DNA of 64,000 nt from Aureliella sp. (GCA_963691875.1 OY829846.1:2784001-2848000); one strand, 5' to 3'. Positions 47,964 through 58,411 are shown, counted from the first letter of the stretch. Translations and numbers: made by a program. Notes: generated by a model from the sequence alone, not told the origin.

Positions 47964-50171
47964 ATGATGGATCTCTCGCCCTTTTCTGCTCCGGTCGGCA
48001 AACACCAGATTGTGCTGCTAGGTGTCGGGCATACGAACGCCCACGTGGTTCGCATGTGGCGGATGAAGCGGATTCCGAACGCTGAGCTGACTTGTGTTTC
48101 AGATCGCTCCATCGCAACTTATTCGGGCATGCTTCCAGCCACTCTCGCGGGACAGATTCCCGAAGAGCAAATGCAGATTGATCTGGTGCGTTTGTGTGCT
48201 TCCGTTGGGGCACGCCTCATTGTCGATCGAGTGACAGGCGTCGACCATGAGCATGCGAAACTCCTCTTTGCAGAGCGTCCACCGGTGCCTTTCGACATTC
48301 TAAGTGTTGGAATCGGCTCACAACCGACAGTGGCATCGCTCACCGAACCCAATTCGCCGCATCTCCTGAAGATCAAGCCGATGCAGACCTTCATGGCGAG
48401 GATAGGAGAACGCATTGCGGCACTGAAAGACCACGCGGATCTTAAAGTAGCTGTCGTTGGCAGCGGTGTGGCGGGGCTGGAAATTGCGTTTTGCTTGAAG
48501 CCCTTTCTTGCAGACCATAATCTCAGCGGTGCCTCCCTTTCACTCGTAACACGCAGCCCGCAAATCTTTCGAGAGGGCCAATCGAATACGCGTCGACTGC
48601 TTGAATCGGAGCTGCAGAAAAGCGGGATCCAAGTTCACTGTGGAAAATCCGTTTCTTCCGTCACCAAGGACGAGATGCGGTTCGACGATGGAAGTAAGCT
48701 GCCTGCAAACCTCGTTATCTGGGCCACCGGTGCGACGGCTCCTAGTGGCTTGCAGGAGCTCGGATTTGAATGCACTAGCTCCGGGTTTTTGCAGACAGAT
48801 CACACTCTACAAGTGACAGATCGTCACGATGCACCCGGAAAGGTATTTGCAGTTGGCGACGCCGGTACCATCGAGGGCGAGAACTTACCCAAGGCCGGTG
48901 TTTATGCGGTTCGGCAAGGGCCTGTGCTTTGGGCAAACATTCAGAGGGCACTGGAAGGTCGGACGCTACAACGCTATCGTCCACAGAAATCCTTCCTGAG
49001 TTTGATCAACCTTGGAGATGGCCGAGCGATTGCGCAGTGGAAAGGCCGCGTGTTTTGCGGCAAGTGGGCCTATCGCTTGAAGCACTCTATCGACTCCAAG
49101 TTCATGGAGAAGTTCGAGCCGATTTCGATGGCCGACGAGGGTGACGAGGCGATGCAGTGTCAGGGATGTGGCTGCAAGTTCGATGCGACCTCATTGTCCG
49201 AGGCGATGGCTTCTGTTTCAGGCACGAGTCACATCACTCTTGACGACGCAGCCCCCATAGGCGAGAGGGGAGGCCATGTAGAAGGTGCTGAAAATAAACT
49301 CTACGCTTCTACTGACTTTTTCACCAATCCACTGGATGACGCGTATCTTTTCGGACGAATCACGGCCTTGCACTCGTCCAGCGATCTCATCGCGACGGGC
49401 ATCGTGCCAAGTGAAGCTCTTTCCAATGTAGTTTTGCCTGAAGGCCATGAGCGAACGCAACGGCAAATGCTGGCCGAGTTCTTAGAAGGTGGAAATCAGG
49501 AATTTCGTGCATTGGGGGCAAATATCGTTGGTGGACATACGATCGTCGGTCCAAGGTTCGAAGCAGGCTTCACGGTCGTCGGATCTCCATGGGGCGACCG
49601 GCCGTTAAGGAAGAGCGGCTTGCAACCCGGGGATACACTGTACGTCACCAAGCCGCTTGGCATTGGCGTATTGCTTGCCGCTCATATGCGATCGAAGTGC
49701 CCGGCAGCTGCCTACGAGGAACTCGTGCATCACATGCTCGCACCGCAGCAAGAGTATGCTCGTATCGCGACCGAGCTGGGCGTGCTCGCGGCGACTGACA
49801 TCACGGGCTTCGGTCTGATCGGGCACTTGGTGGAAATGCTCGAAGCCAGTGAACTTGCAGCGGAACTCGACCTCGCCTCCATCCCGATTCTGCAGTCAGC
49901 AGTAAAAATATCAAGCGAAGGGATCTCGAGCAGCCTGTTACCTGACAACATGCGGCTTAGTCGGCAGGTGCGAACTGATGATAAGATCAAGTCTGACGAC
50001 CGCTATCCGCTTCTCTTTGACCCTCAAACTTGCGGAGGTCTGCTGTTTGGCGTTTCGGCTGAGGTTCAAGAAGATTTCTGCGAGCAGATGGTAAAACACT
50101 CTGTGCCATTACCAATTGGCAAAATCCATCCGAAGAAGTCCTCGAGTCAAGCGCCGATCCAACTGAGCTGA
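47964..50171 (+). CDS. selD: Selenide,water dikinase fused to an N-terminal FAD/NADH oxidoreductase domain
   Basis: GVGHTN, YSGMLP, VVGSGVAG, FAVGD and KAGVYAVRQ, then CQGCGCK, DDAA, STDFF, GGHT, TKPLG, TDITGFGL and DPQTCGGLL. Confidence 0.93.
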   Translation: MMDLSPFSAPVGKHQIVLLGVGHTNAHVVRMWRMKRIPNAELTCVSDRSIATYSGMLPATLAGQIPEEQMQIDLVRLCASVGARLIVDRVTGVDHEHAKLLFAERPPVPFDILSVGIGSQPTVASLTEPNSPHLLKIKPMQTFMARIGERIAALKDHADLKVAVVGSGVAGLEIAFCLKPFLADHNLSGASLSLVTRSPQIFREGQSNTRRLLESELQKSGIQVHCGKSVSSVTKDEMRFDDGSKLPANLVIWATGATAPSGLQELGFECTSSGFLQTDHTLQVTDRHDAPGKVFAVGDAGTIEGENLPKAGVYAVRQGPVLWANIQRALEGRTLQRYRPQKSFLSLINLGDGRAIAQWKGRVFCGKWAYRLKHSIDSKFMEKFEPISMADEGDEAMQCQGCGCKFDATSLSEAMASVSGTSHITLDDAAPIGERGGHVEGAENKLYASTDFFTNPLDDAYLFGRITALHSSSDLIATGIVPSEALSNVVLPEGHERTQRQMLAEFLEGGNQEFRALGANIVGGHTIVGPRFEAGFTVVGSPWGDRPLRKSGLQPGDTLYVTKPLGIGVLLAAHMRSKCPAAAYEELVHHMLAPQQEYARIATELGVLAATDITGFGLIGHLVEMLEASELAAELDLASIPILQSAVKISSEGISSSLLPDNMRLSRQVRTDDKIKSDDRYPLLFDPQTCGGLLFGVSAEVQEDFCEQMVKHSVPLPIGKIHPKKSSSQAPIQLS

Positions 50172-50458
50172 TTTCCAAATTCGCGCAGCTATTGCTTGCG
50201 ATCCCGACCCCCCCCAAGAACACTTGTAAAAGCCTGAAACCCACGTTGATAACAGCTATTTACATCTTACGTAAGCCTGACCGGGAAATGACGCGTCGCC
50301 CCTCATAATTGGATAAGCCAAAACTGCGTTGGAGAACCTACACAACAAAGTGCGCTTTACCCAGTGAGCACAAATGATTGCTGGCAGTGCCGTTGCACAC
50401 CCAAAAGAGAAGCAGGAAACCGACAACACAATCCAACTACCTCCAAACAGGTTTTACT

Positions 50459-53155
50459 ATGTGGTACCTAGATCAGCTGTGCGGACTGTTTCTAACAGCC
50501 CTATACTTTGCCCCCGATATCTGACTTTCCCAACCGACGGTGGATGAAACTGTCGTCTTCGCCGAAGAGAATGGTCTTCTCGCTGCTGAAGCAGAGCATT
50601 TCTTTGCTCAAAGGAAGATGCAGGAACGGAGCTTCTACCTTCAGGCTCCACGCAAGGAATTGGATGTCAAGCCAGATGGTGACCCATCGCATGTCGTCGG
50701 AGCGAGCGGCGGTGCCTACTTGGAGATTCTTCCAGACACGCGTCGCAAGCATGCGGACAAGCTGACGCGAGGTGTCAATTTCTCTCCAGAACCAGGGAAG
50801 ATGGCGGTGCTTAGCTACAAGGTACATGTGAAGAATCCGGGGCGATACTATGTTTGGGTGCGTGCCTACTCCACAGGCTCGGAAGACAATGGTCTGCACG
50901 TCGGCCTCGATGGAAAGTGGCCGGAAAGCGGGCAACGGCTTCAATGGTGCCAAGGCAAGAACACTTGGCGTTGGGAGAGCAAGCAGCGCACAGAAAAGGA
51001 GCATTGTGGCGAGCCCTACAAGATCTACTTGGATATCGAGAAAGCAGGCCCGCATACCATTAGCTTCTCAATGCGAGAGGATGGTTTTGAATTTGACAAA
51101 TGGTTAATGACCAACGACCGCGAATTCAAAAGACCCACTGGTGCTGGACCAGAACCTAAGCTGATCTCTGGTACTTTGCCGAAGCCCTTCTCGACTGAAG
51201 GGCTCGCAAAGCAGGAAACGCCGAAGAATCTAGACTTCAGTCCGACCAAGAATGTCAGCGATTCGCCGTTGCAACAGCCGCGAGAGGCGAATGGAGATGG
51301 AACTGTTACCATCAGCGGAGAGTTGCGCCAGTGGCACAAAATCAACGTAGACATGGCAGGGCCTTTTGCTCACGAGCAAGACAATACACCGAACCCGTTC
51401 ACGGATTATCGATTTGATGTGACTTTCACGCACGCTGACGGAGCGTCACTGACAGTCCCGGGATACTTTGCTGCCGACGGAGACGCTGGCAACAGTGGAG
51501 CTCAATCGGGAACGGTTTGGCGGGCCCACTTTGCTCCACCTGCGACCGGAGAATGGTCCTACCGAGTTTCGTTCAAGACTGGAGAAGGAGCGGCGCTGTC
51601 TGAGACAGCTGTGTCCGAGACAGCTGTGTCCGAGACAGCTGTGTCTGAGACAGCTACGAACAAGGCTCTCATGCCATTCGATGCCGTGTCAGGAAGCTTT
51701 GAAGTCGCTGCGACGGACAAAGTTGCTCCTGACTTGCGTGCTAAGGGGCAATTGCGATACGTCGGTAAACGATACCTTCAATTCGCCGGTACGAAACAGT
51801 ACTTTTTGAAAGTAGGGGCAGACGCGCCGGAGACACTTCTTGCGTACAAGGACTTCGATAACACTGTCGCTGGTAACAAGAAGAAGGCTCCGCTGAAGTC
51901 TTGGTCGGCTCACGTCAAGGATTGGCGTACCGGCGATCCGACTTGGCAAAACGGAAAAGGCAAAGGTCTGATCGGTGCGATCAATTACCTTTCGGGCAAG
52001 GGCTGCAATGCGTTTTCGTTCTTAACCTACAACGCTGGTGGTGACGGGGACAACGTTTGGCCTTTTATTCATCGGGATGACAAGCTGCATTACGACTGCA
52101 GCAAATTGGACCAGTGGGCGACTGTGCTCGAGCATGGTACGAGCAAGGGGATGTACCTGCATTTCAAGATGCAAGAAACCGAGAATGACGACCACACCAA
52201 GCGAGCCGAAAATCAGACTTTTGTGCCCACATGTCTAGACGGTGGAAACCTAGGACCGCAGAGGAGACTTTATTGCCGAGAGCTTGTCGCTCGCTTCGCT
52301 CACAACTTAGCTTTGAATTGGAATCTCGGGGAAGAGAATACTCAGACGACGGCTCAGCAAACAGCGATGATCGACTACATCGCTGGGCTCGACGCGTAGG
52401 ACCATAACATCGTGGTGCACACTTATCCCAATCAACAAGATAAAGTTTACGGAGGGCTAGTCGGAAACCGTTCACAGCTGACAGGAGTATCCCTGCAGAA
52501 CAGCAGCTTGGAAACGACGCATGCTCAGACGGTGAAATGGATCAACGCCTCTGCCAAGGCTGGCAAGCCGTGGGTCGTTGCCTTTGATGAGTCAGGTAGT
52601 GCCGCTCATGCTCAGTGTCCAGACCTCGGCTATGAGGGGTTCGACGGAAAAGATCGTACTGGCAACATGGTCTACACACAGCACAAGGTGCGCAAGCAAA
52701 CGTTGTGGGGAACCTTGATGGCCGGAGGCGCTGGAAACGAGTATTACTTTGGCTATCAGTTTGCTCAAAACGACATAGTCTGCGAGGACTGGCGCAGTCG
52801 TGACCAGAGTTGGGATTATTGTCGGATTGCGATCGAGTTCTTTCACCGACGAGAAATTCCGTTCTGGGAAATGCAGAACGCAGATGAACTAGTTGGCAAT
52901 CCCGAACACTAGCCGAATACGTTCTGTTTTGCTAAGAAGAACTCTGTCTATGTGGTTTACAATCCTGGGGGTGAAATCCCAAAGCTTGACCTATCGGAGG
53001 CGAAGGGCGAATTCCAAGTTCAGTGGTACAACCCGCGAGCAGGCGGAGACTTGCAGTCGGGCAGTGTCATGAGCGTGAAAGGTGGAAAGAGCGTTTCTCT
53101 CGGCGAAGCCCCAAGTGATCTCAGCGAGGATTGGGTGATCGTCCTCAGAAAGTAG
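50459..53155 (+). pseudogene. DUF5060/DUF4038-like secreted glycoside-hydrolase-related gene with three in-frame stops
   Basis: One frame from ATG 50459 to TAG 53155, interrupted by TGA 50522, TAG 52397 and TAG 52910. Motifs NPFTDYR, GYFAADG, WRAHFAP, LNWNLGEEN and WYNPRAGG. Confidence 0.8.
51597..51655 (+). repeat. 15-bp tandem repeat, ~4 copies (SETAV)
   Basis: (tgtcYgagacagctg) x ~4. Confidence 0.95.
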
Positions 53156-53340
53156 CCGTAGAGGAAGTCCTATTGAACAAACGCATAACAACGTTAACCC
53201 ACCAAAATGCCTCTTCGACGAAGAGGCATTTCTCGTTTGAATTCAGCTATGATAGGCGTAGCAATGTCGAATTGCAGTTGATGCGATCAGATGTCTACAA
53301 ATCCTCTCCAAGCTACCGCCCCTCTGTTATTAGTAATTCA

Positions 53341-56300
53341 ATGCGAACCTTTTTGCACTTAAATCGCACCGTCAGTCCGAGAATCACGACGCGACCAAAT
53401 CGAACCCTACTTTGCGCTTCGCTTGTCGTCGCGTGCCTAATGCCTGGCTCCCTTTTTGCACAAAAGAACAAGGATGGCCGCCGTGTCGACGGGAAGAACG
53501 TCAAGACTGGCAAGGCTGATCCAGTTCGCGATCCCGAACTGGAGCAGTACGGAATTTACGAAGCCACCGCCGCTCGGCCAGGCGATGCAAAGCCGATCGC
53601 AACCAAGCTGCCTTTGACGCTGGGAGACAGTGAGCGAATTGCACTTATCGGCAACACGCTGTTTGATCGTGCTCAACATTTCGGGCACATCGAGTCGCTT
53701 CTACAGCAGGCGTTTCCAAAAAAGAAACTCGTTGTTCGCAATCTCGCTTGGTCCGCTGATGCAGTGGATGTGGAGGGACTACCGCGCCCCGCAAACTTTG
53801 CCAACATCCATCAACATTTGGCCCACGAAAAGGCTGATGTGATCTTGGCCGCCTATGGCTTCAATGAGTCCTTCGCCGGCAAGGCTGGTTTGGATGAGTT
53901 CAAAAACAAACTGCGGGTCTTCGTGAAGGAATTGCAGAACAAGTCCTTTAACAGCAAGTCAGCCCCCCGCGTGGTGCTTGTTGCGCCGATCGCCAACGAG
54001 GATTTGCCAAATATTCCAGCGGCGAAACGAAACAATGAAAACATCCTGCTTTATGTCAACGCGATACGTGAAGTGGCTGCGGAGCTGCAGGTCGGCTTTG
54101 TCGATCCATTTGAAGCGACACGAAAGGCCATGGAGAGTCCTGGTGATGACTTGACGGTCAATGGTGTTCATCTCAACGAGTCTGGTTACGAGCTATTCGC
54201 CAAAGACCTCCTCAAGCAGCTCTTCTCAATCGATGCTCCTGCTGTAGATTCGAAAATTCGCGAGTTGATTGTCGATAAGAATCGCCAATATTTCCGTCGT
54301 TACCGGCCAGCCAATACTTTTTATTACACCGGTAATCGCAACAAAAGCTATGGCTACCTAGATTTTCTACCCGCAATGCGCAATTTCGATCTAATGGTCG
54401 CTAACCGCGAGAAGGCGATTTCCGATGTTGCGCAAGGAAAGTCTCCCCATGTCGACGATTCGAATCTACCACCGCTGCCGCAAACCAAACAGAGCCGCGG
54501 AGCGAATCGTTGGTTGTCTGCGGAGGACGAATTGAAAGATTTTGAGATCGATCCGCGATTCGAGGTCAACCTGTTCGCTGGCGAAGAGCAGTTTCCTGAG
54601 CTCGGCGCTCCGATTCAAATGCGATGGGACAGCCGCGGGCGATTATGGGTGTCTTGTAGCACGACATATCCGCATGTCTACCCGGGCAACGAGCCTGACG
54701 ACAAACTTGTGATCCTCGAAGATACCGACGGAGACGGGCGAGCCGACAAGTCGACTATCTTCGCGGAAGACTTACACATTCCATTGTCTTTCGAGTTTGG
54801 TGACGGTGGGGTCTATGTTTCCGAGATGCCAGATCTCACCTTCTTGCAGGACACGGACGGTGATGGAAAGGCGGATGTTCGTAAGCGTCTGCTGACCGGT
54901 TTCGGGACCGAGGATTCGCACCACGCCTTGCACGACTTTGTTTGGTCACCTGATGGTGATCTGATTTTTCGCGAGTCGATTTTTCACCATTCACAAGTTG
55001 AAACGGCTTACGGACCTGTTCGTCAACAGAATTCAGGATGGTTTCGCTTCGAGCCTGATATTCAGCGACTTACTAGTTTCGGCACCTATCACAGCACGAA
55101 TCCGTGGGGTGTGGCCTTTGACGACTGGGGACAGCACGTCGCAAGCCATCCGATCTATGCCGCTGCATTCCATTCTCTCGATCCGCCTTATCCGACTCAG
55201 CATCCGAAACCGGTAGGGCTACGTGCTTATTCTGGCACCTGCGGACAAGAGTTCGTCGACTTCGCAACGTTCCCCGAGGAACTGCAAGGCCATTACATAA
55301 AAGCACGTTACAAACCGACGAATCGAATCGAGATCCACAAGTGGCAGGAGAATGAGTTTGGCTTCGACGAAGAGTACCAAAGCGACCTGATCTTTTCTAA
55401 GAATCTGAGTTTTATCCCTGTGGATATCGGCTACGGTCCGCGCGGTGCGATGTATATCTGCGACTGGTACAACCCTATCAAAGGCCATGCACAGTATTCG
55501 CTGCGTGACGAGCGGCGAGACCGTCACTCCGGCCGCATTTGGAGAATCACCACCAAAGGTAAGTCACTGCAGGACCCTCCGGAGATTCACGACGCGAGCA
55601 TCGAGACTCTTCTTGGCCATTTGAAACGTCCTGAGTATCGGGTCCGCTACTGGGCGAAACGCGAACTGCGAGAACGAGATCCACAAGTCGTCAAGAAGGC
55701 CCTAGATAGCTGGATTAGCAGCCTTTCGGATGCAGACCCACGAGTGGATCATCACCGCCTTGAGGCCATTTGGCTTTATCGAGGTATTGATGCCAAGAAC
55801 CTGGGATTGCTGCGCAAGCTCTTCCAGAGCGACAATCATCTCGCGCGTGCTGCGGCGACGGAGCAACTGCGTTACTGGCACACGGATTTGGCAGACAGTT
55901 TGACACTTCTACGCACCAGTGCCAATGACCCAAGTAGCATTGTTCGCATGCAAGCTGCGATTGCGGCAAGCTACATTGGCACACAGGAAGCCATGCTGGT
56001 CATTCTTGACCTGTACAAGCACCCGCTTGGCGGACACCTCGAGTATGCACTCACCTGTGCCCTTGGCTCAGAGAACCTTCGGCGTCATTGGGAGAATCGC
56101 CCAGAATTCGATGTCGCCAACAGACTAAGAGATTCGAAACGCAAGAGCACACTGAAAGAGCCGCCTGTCGATGCAGTGGCAGCTCAGTTTGATGCCCAGA
56201 AGAACTTGCAGACCGTACGGATCGGTTGTATTCCGGAACGCATGAAGTTCACTATTGAGCAGTTTCAAGTCAAACCAGGACAGCCAACCAAGATTGTGTT

Positions 56301-57132
56301 TTCCAACGGTGATGCGACCGATCACAACCTGCTGATTGTCAAACCAGGGGCGTTAGAGGAAGTTGGCATGGCGGCAAATGAAATGGCTCGGGATCCCAAG
56401 AATGCAAACTCCAACTTCATTCCGGGAAGTAAACGCAAATTGATTTTGCAGGCTGCTCCGATGATTGGACCGACACGGAAGACTCAAGTTGCTGTACTGC
56501 GATTCGAAGCCCCCCAAGAACCCGGTGTTTACCCTTACGTTTGCACTTTCCCTGGTCACTGGGTGATCATGAGCGGTAACATGATTGTTGCAAAGAATGA
56601 CGAGCAGGCTGAGCGACTAATTGCTTCCACACGTCCACAGCTCGTCCAGGAATGGAAGCTGGCCGACTTGGAGGACTTGGAAACGAAAGACGACGAGCTA
56701 ACCTTGATGCGTGGTTTAGCTGCATTCAAGAAAGCCAAGTGCGAGCAGTGCCATCGCATCGGTGGTCATGGCCTCAACTTGGGTCCCGATCTGGGCGACG
56801 TCACGAAACGATTCCGAGGTGATAGGTTGCTCGAGCAAATCTTAAATCCGTCGAAGGAGATCAGCGACAAGTACCGGAGCTACCGATTCTTGTTGGACTC
56901 CGGTAAAGTTATTTCCGGTGTGATCCAGAAAGAAACGGACAAAGAGGTAGTCATACTGACAAATCTTCTGGACCCTAAATCAACGACCCAAATAGCCAAG
57001 AATGAAATTGAACTACGGAGCGAATCCAGAGTTTCATCGATGCCGGTGGGCCTCTTAGATGTCCTGACCAAGCAAGAAATCGCCGATTTGCTCAGCCTAC
57101 TCCAGGCAGAGGATCAAGAACACGCCCATTGA
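53341..57132 (+). CDS. PVC-type heme-binding protein: SGNH + beta-propeller dehydrogenase-like + HEAT + cupredoxin + cytochrome c
   Basis: GNT..RNLAWS..GFNES..NGVHLN; DTDGDGRAD; DWYNPIKGHAQYSLRD; DHN..YVCTFPGHWVIM; CEQCH..GPDL..SSMP. Start approximate. Confidence 0.88.
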   Translation: MRTFLHLNRTVSPRITTRPNRTLLCASLVVACLMPGSLFAQKNKDGRRVDGKNVKTGKADPVRDPELEQYGIYEATAARPGDAKPIATKLPLTLGDSERIALIGNTLFDRAQHFGHIESLLQQAFPKKKLVVRNLAWSADAVDVEGLPRPANFANIHQHLAHEKADVILAAYGFNESFAGKAGLDEFKNKLRVFVKELQNKSFNSKSAPRVVLVAPIANEDLPNIPAAKRNNENILLYVNAIREVAAELQVGFVDPFEATRKAMESPGDDLTVNGVHLNESGYELFAKDLLKQLFSIDAPAVDSKIRELIVDKNRQYFRRYRPANTFYYTGNRNKSYGYLDFLPAMRNFDLMVANREKAISDVAQGKSPHVDDSNLPPLPQTKQSRGANRWLSAEDELKDFEIDPRFEVNLFAGEEQFPELGAPIQMRWDSRGRLWVSCSTTYPHVYPGNEPDDKLVILEDTDGDGRADKSTIFAEDLHIPLSFEFGDGGVYVSEMPDLTFLQDTDGDGKADVRKRLLTGFGTEDSHHALHDFVWSPDGDLIFRESIFHHSQVETAYGPVRQQNSGWFRFEPDIQRLTSFGTYHSTNPWGVAFDDWGQHVASHPIYAAAFHSLDPPYPTQHPKPVGLRAYSGTCGQEFVDFATFPEELQGHYIKARYKPTNRIEIHKWQENEFGFDEEYQSDLIFSKNLSFIPVDIGYGPRGAMYICDWYNPIKGHAQYSLRDERRDRHSGRIWRITTKGKSLQDPPEIHDASIETLLGHLKRPEYRVRYWAKRELRERDPQVVKKALDSWISSLSDADPRVDHHRLEAIWLYRGIDAKNLGLLRKLFQSDNHLARAAATEQLRYWHTDLADSLTLLRTSANDPSSIVRMQAAIAASYIGTQEAMLVILDLYKHPLGGHLEYALTCALGSENLRRHWENRPEFDVANRLRDSKRKSTLKEPPVDAVAAQFDAQKNLQTVRIGCIPERMKFTIEQFQVKPGQPTKIVFSNGDATDHNLLIVKPGALEEVGMAANEMARDPKNANSNFIPGSKRKLILQAAPMIGPTRKTQVAVLRFEAPQEPGVYPYVCTFPGHWVIMSGNMIVAKNDEQAERLIASTRPQLVQEWKLADLEDLETKDDELTLMRGLAAFKKAKCEQCHRIGGHGLNLGPDLGDVTKRFRGDRLLEQILNPSKEISDKYRSYRFLLDSGKVISGVIQKETDKEVVILTNLLDPKSTTQIAKNEIELRSESRVSSMPVGLLDVLTKQEIADLLSLLQAEDQEHAH

Positions 57133-57145
57133 TGGCGAGACATTG

Positions 57146-58411
57146 CTAGAAGGCTATTTCATCGCCAAAGCGATCCCGCTCGGCTTGCGTTAGTCGATAC
57201 ATGTCGTGCAGCAGCTGCTTGTCGCAGTCACGTTGCTCCACCTTTCGGCGTGAGAACATTCGCTGCTGCGTGGCAATCATGACTTCGGCTGGCAAGGTGG
57301 CCAGCTGACCGAAGAGTCTCGCGTAATTGACAAAGCTAGGGACATTGCTGGTTACAGAACCATACATCATGCTGCATACACCGATCACCTTGCCGGTAAA
57401 GATCCCAGTATTGATCGCGGTCTTACTGTAATCGCCCATGACGCAGCCCAAGAACTGCATGCCCGTCGCGGACTTGCCGTCAGGGTACTCCATATTGACT
57501 GTTCCGTAAGTGTTTTTAAGGTCTGAATTACAAGTACCTGCACCAAGATTAATCCAACTGCCGAGGTAGCTGTGCCCTAGAAAACCATGGTGTTGTTTGT
57601 TGGAGAAAGGTTCGACAACGGCTGCTTCGACTTCACCACCAATCTTGGTTGTGTGCCCCAATGAGACTTCATCTTTGATGGCAGAGTGTTCCAAGATTCT
57701 ACAGTTCTTGCCGATGTAAATTGGCCCGCGAAGTAACGTATACGGTCCAATGGATGCGCCTTCATCAATAATGATCGGACCCGAAGAAGTATCGGCCAGC
57801 ACGTAGTCTCCCAACTCAGCCCCAGCGGCCATGAAAACGCCATCTTGTTGCTGAGTAAACGATTGCGATTCGATTCTATGCTGCAGAGAATCGACAATTA
57901 TCTTCATGTTGTTCGCGACGACTTCGTGAGGCAAACTAATGATCTGCATCGGCACGTCGATCTCAGCCATCTGTTGGCAGGCTTCCAACAATCCACTGAG
58001 TCCTCGATCCGCTTCTTCGGCCACTTGTTTCCAAGTCCAGCCAGGATGAACCACTGCAACGACTTGATCACCAGCACGAACGACGCCAGTCGCGGTATCT
58101 TCGCGAGAAAGTAAGTCTCTTAGGCTGGCGAGGTTTTGTGGGCTTGGAATGAGCCTAGCATTAATCGCCAGGGTGGGTCCAGGGCCAGGCAGCTTGGAAG
58201 TATCTTTTTCAGACGCAATTTGCTGCTCCGGGAAGTCTAAGCCGCAGATTGCACGTAAGTGTCGTCGTAAGTGTAGGACACAAGGTGTTTCTAGCTCTCG
58301 AATCAGGTCCAGCAAGCGGTAGGATCCCATTGTGACAGCACAAGCGGGGCGTGCTGTAGTAATGGGAGCAAGTTTCGAAACACGTTGGTCCTCAAATACT
58401 AGGATGCTCAC
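57146..58411 (-). CDS. GlmU-related putative sugar nucleotidyltransferase with left-handed beta-helix
   Basis: FED..LAPITTARP, GPIYIG, KIGGEVE, NKQHHGFLGHSYLGSWINLGAGT and GDYSKTAIN motifs. Confidence 0.85.
   Translation of the reverse strand: MSILVFEDQRVSKLAPITTARPACAVTMGSYRLLDLIRELETPCVLHLRRHLRAICGLDFPEQQIASEKDTSKLPGPGPTLAINARLIPSPQNLASLRDLLSREDTATGVVRAGDQVVAVVHPGWTWKQVAEEADRGLSGLLEACQQMAEIDVPMQIISLPHEVVANNMKIIVDSLQHRIESQSFTQQQDGVFMAAGAELGDYVLADTSSGPIIIDEGASIGPYTLLRGPIYIGKNCRILEHSAIKDEVSLGHTTKIGGEVEAAVVEPFSNKQHHGFLGHSYLGSWINLGAGTCNSDLKNTYGTVNMEYPDGKSATGMQFLGCVMGDYSKTAINTGIFTGKVIGVCSMMYGSVTSNVPSFVNYARLFGQLATLPAEVMIATQQRMFSRRKVEQRDCDKQLLHDMYRLTQAERDRFGDEIAF

Noticed and set aside
44178..50458. 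tRNA-Sec (selC) in spacers around the sel genes
   Set aside because: No cloverleaf with a TCA anticodon loop and T-arm was found by eye in 44178-44264, 46263-46464, 47881-47963 or 50172-50458. A covariance search is still needed.
51597..51655. CRISPR array
   Set aside because: Units are 15 bp and contiguous with no spacers, and no cas genes are present.
52397..52912. Genome-wide TAG reassignment or pyrrolysine
   Set aside because: TAG ends greA, fusA, selA, selB, folP and others at their expected C-termini, and no pyl genes are in the window.
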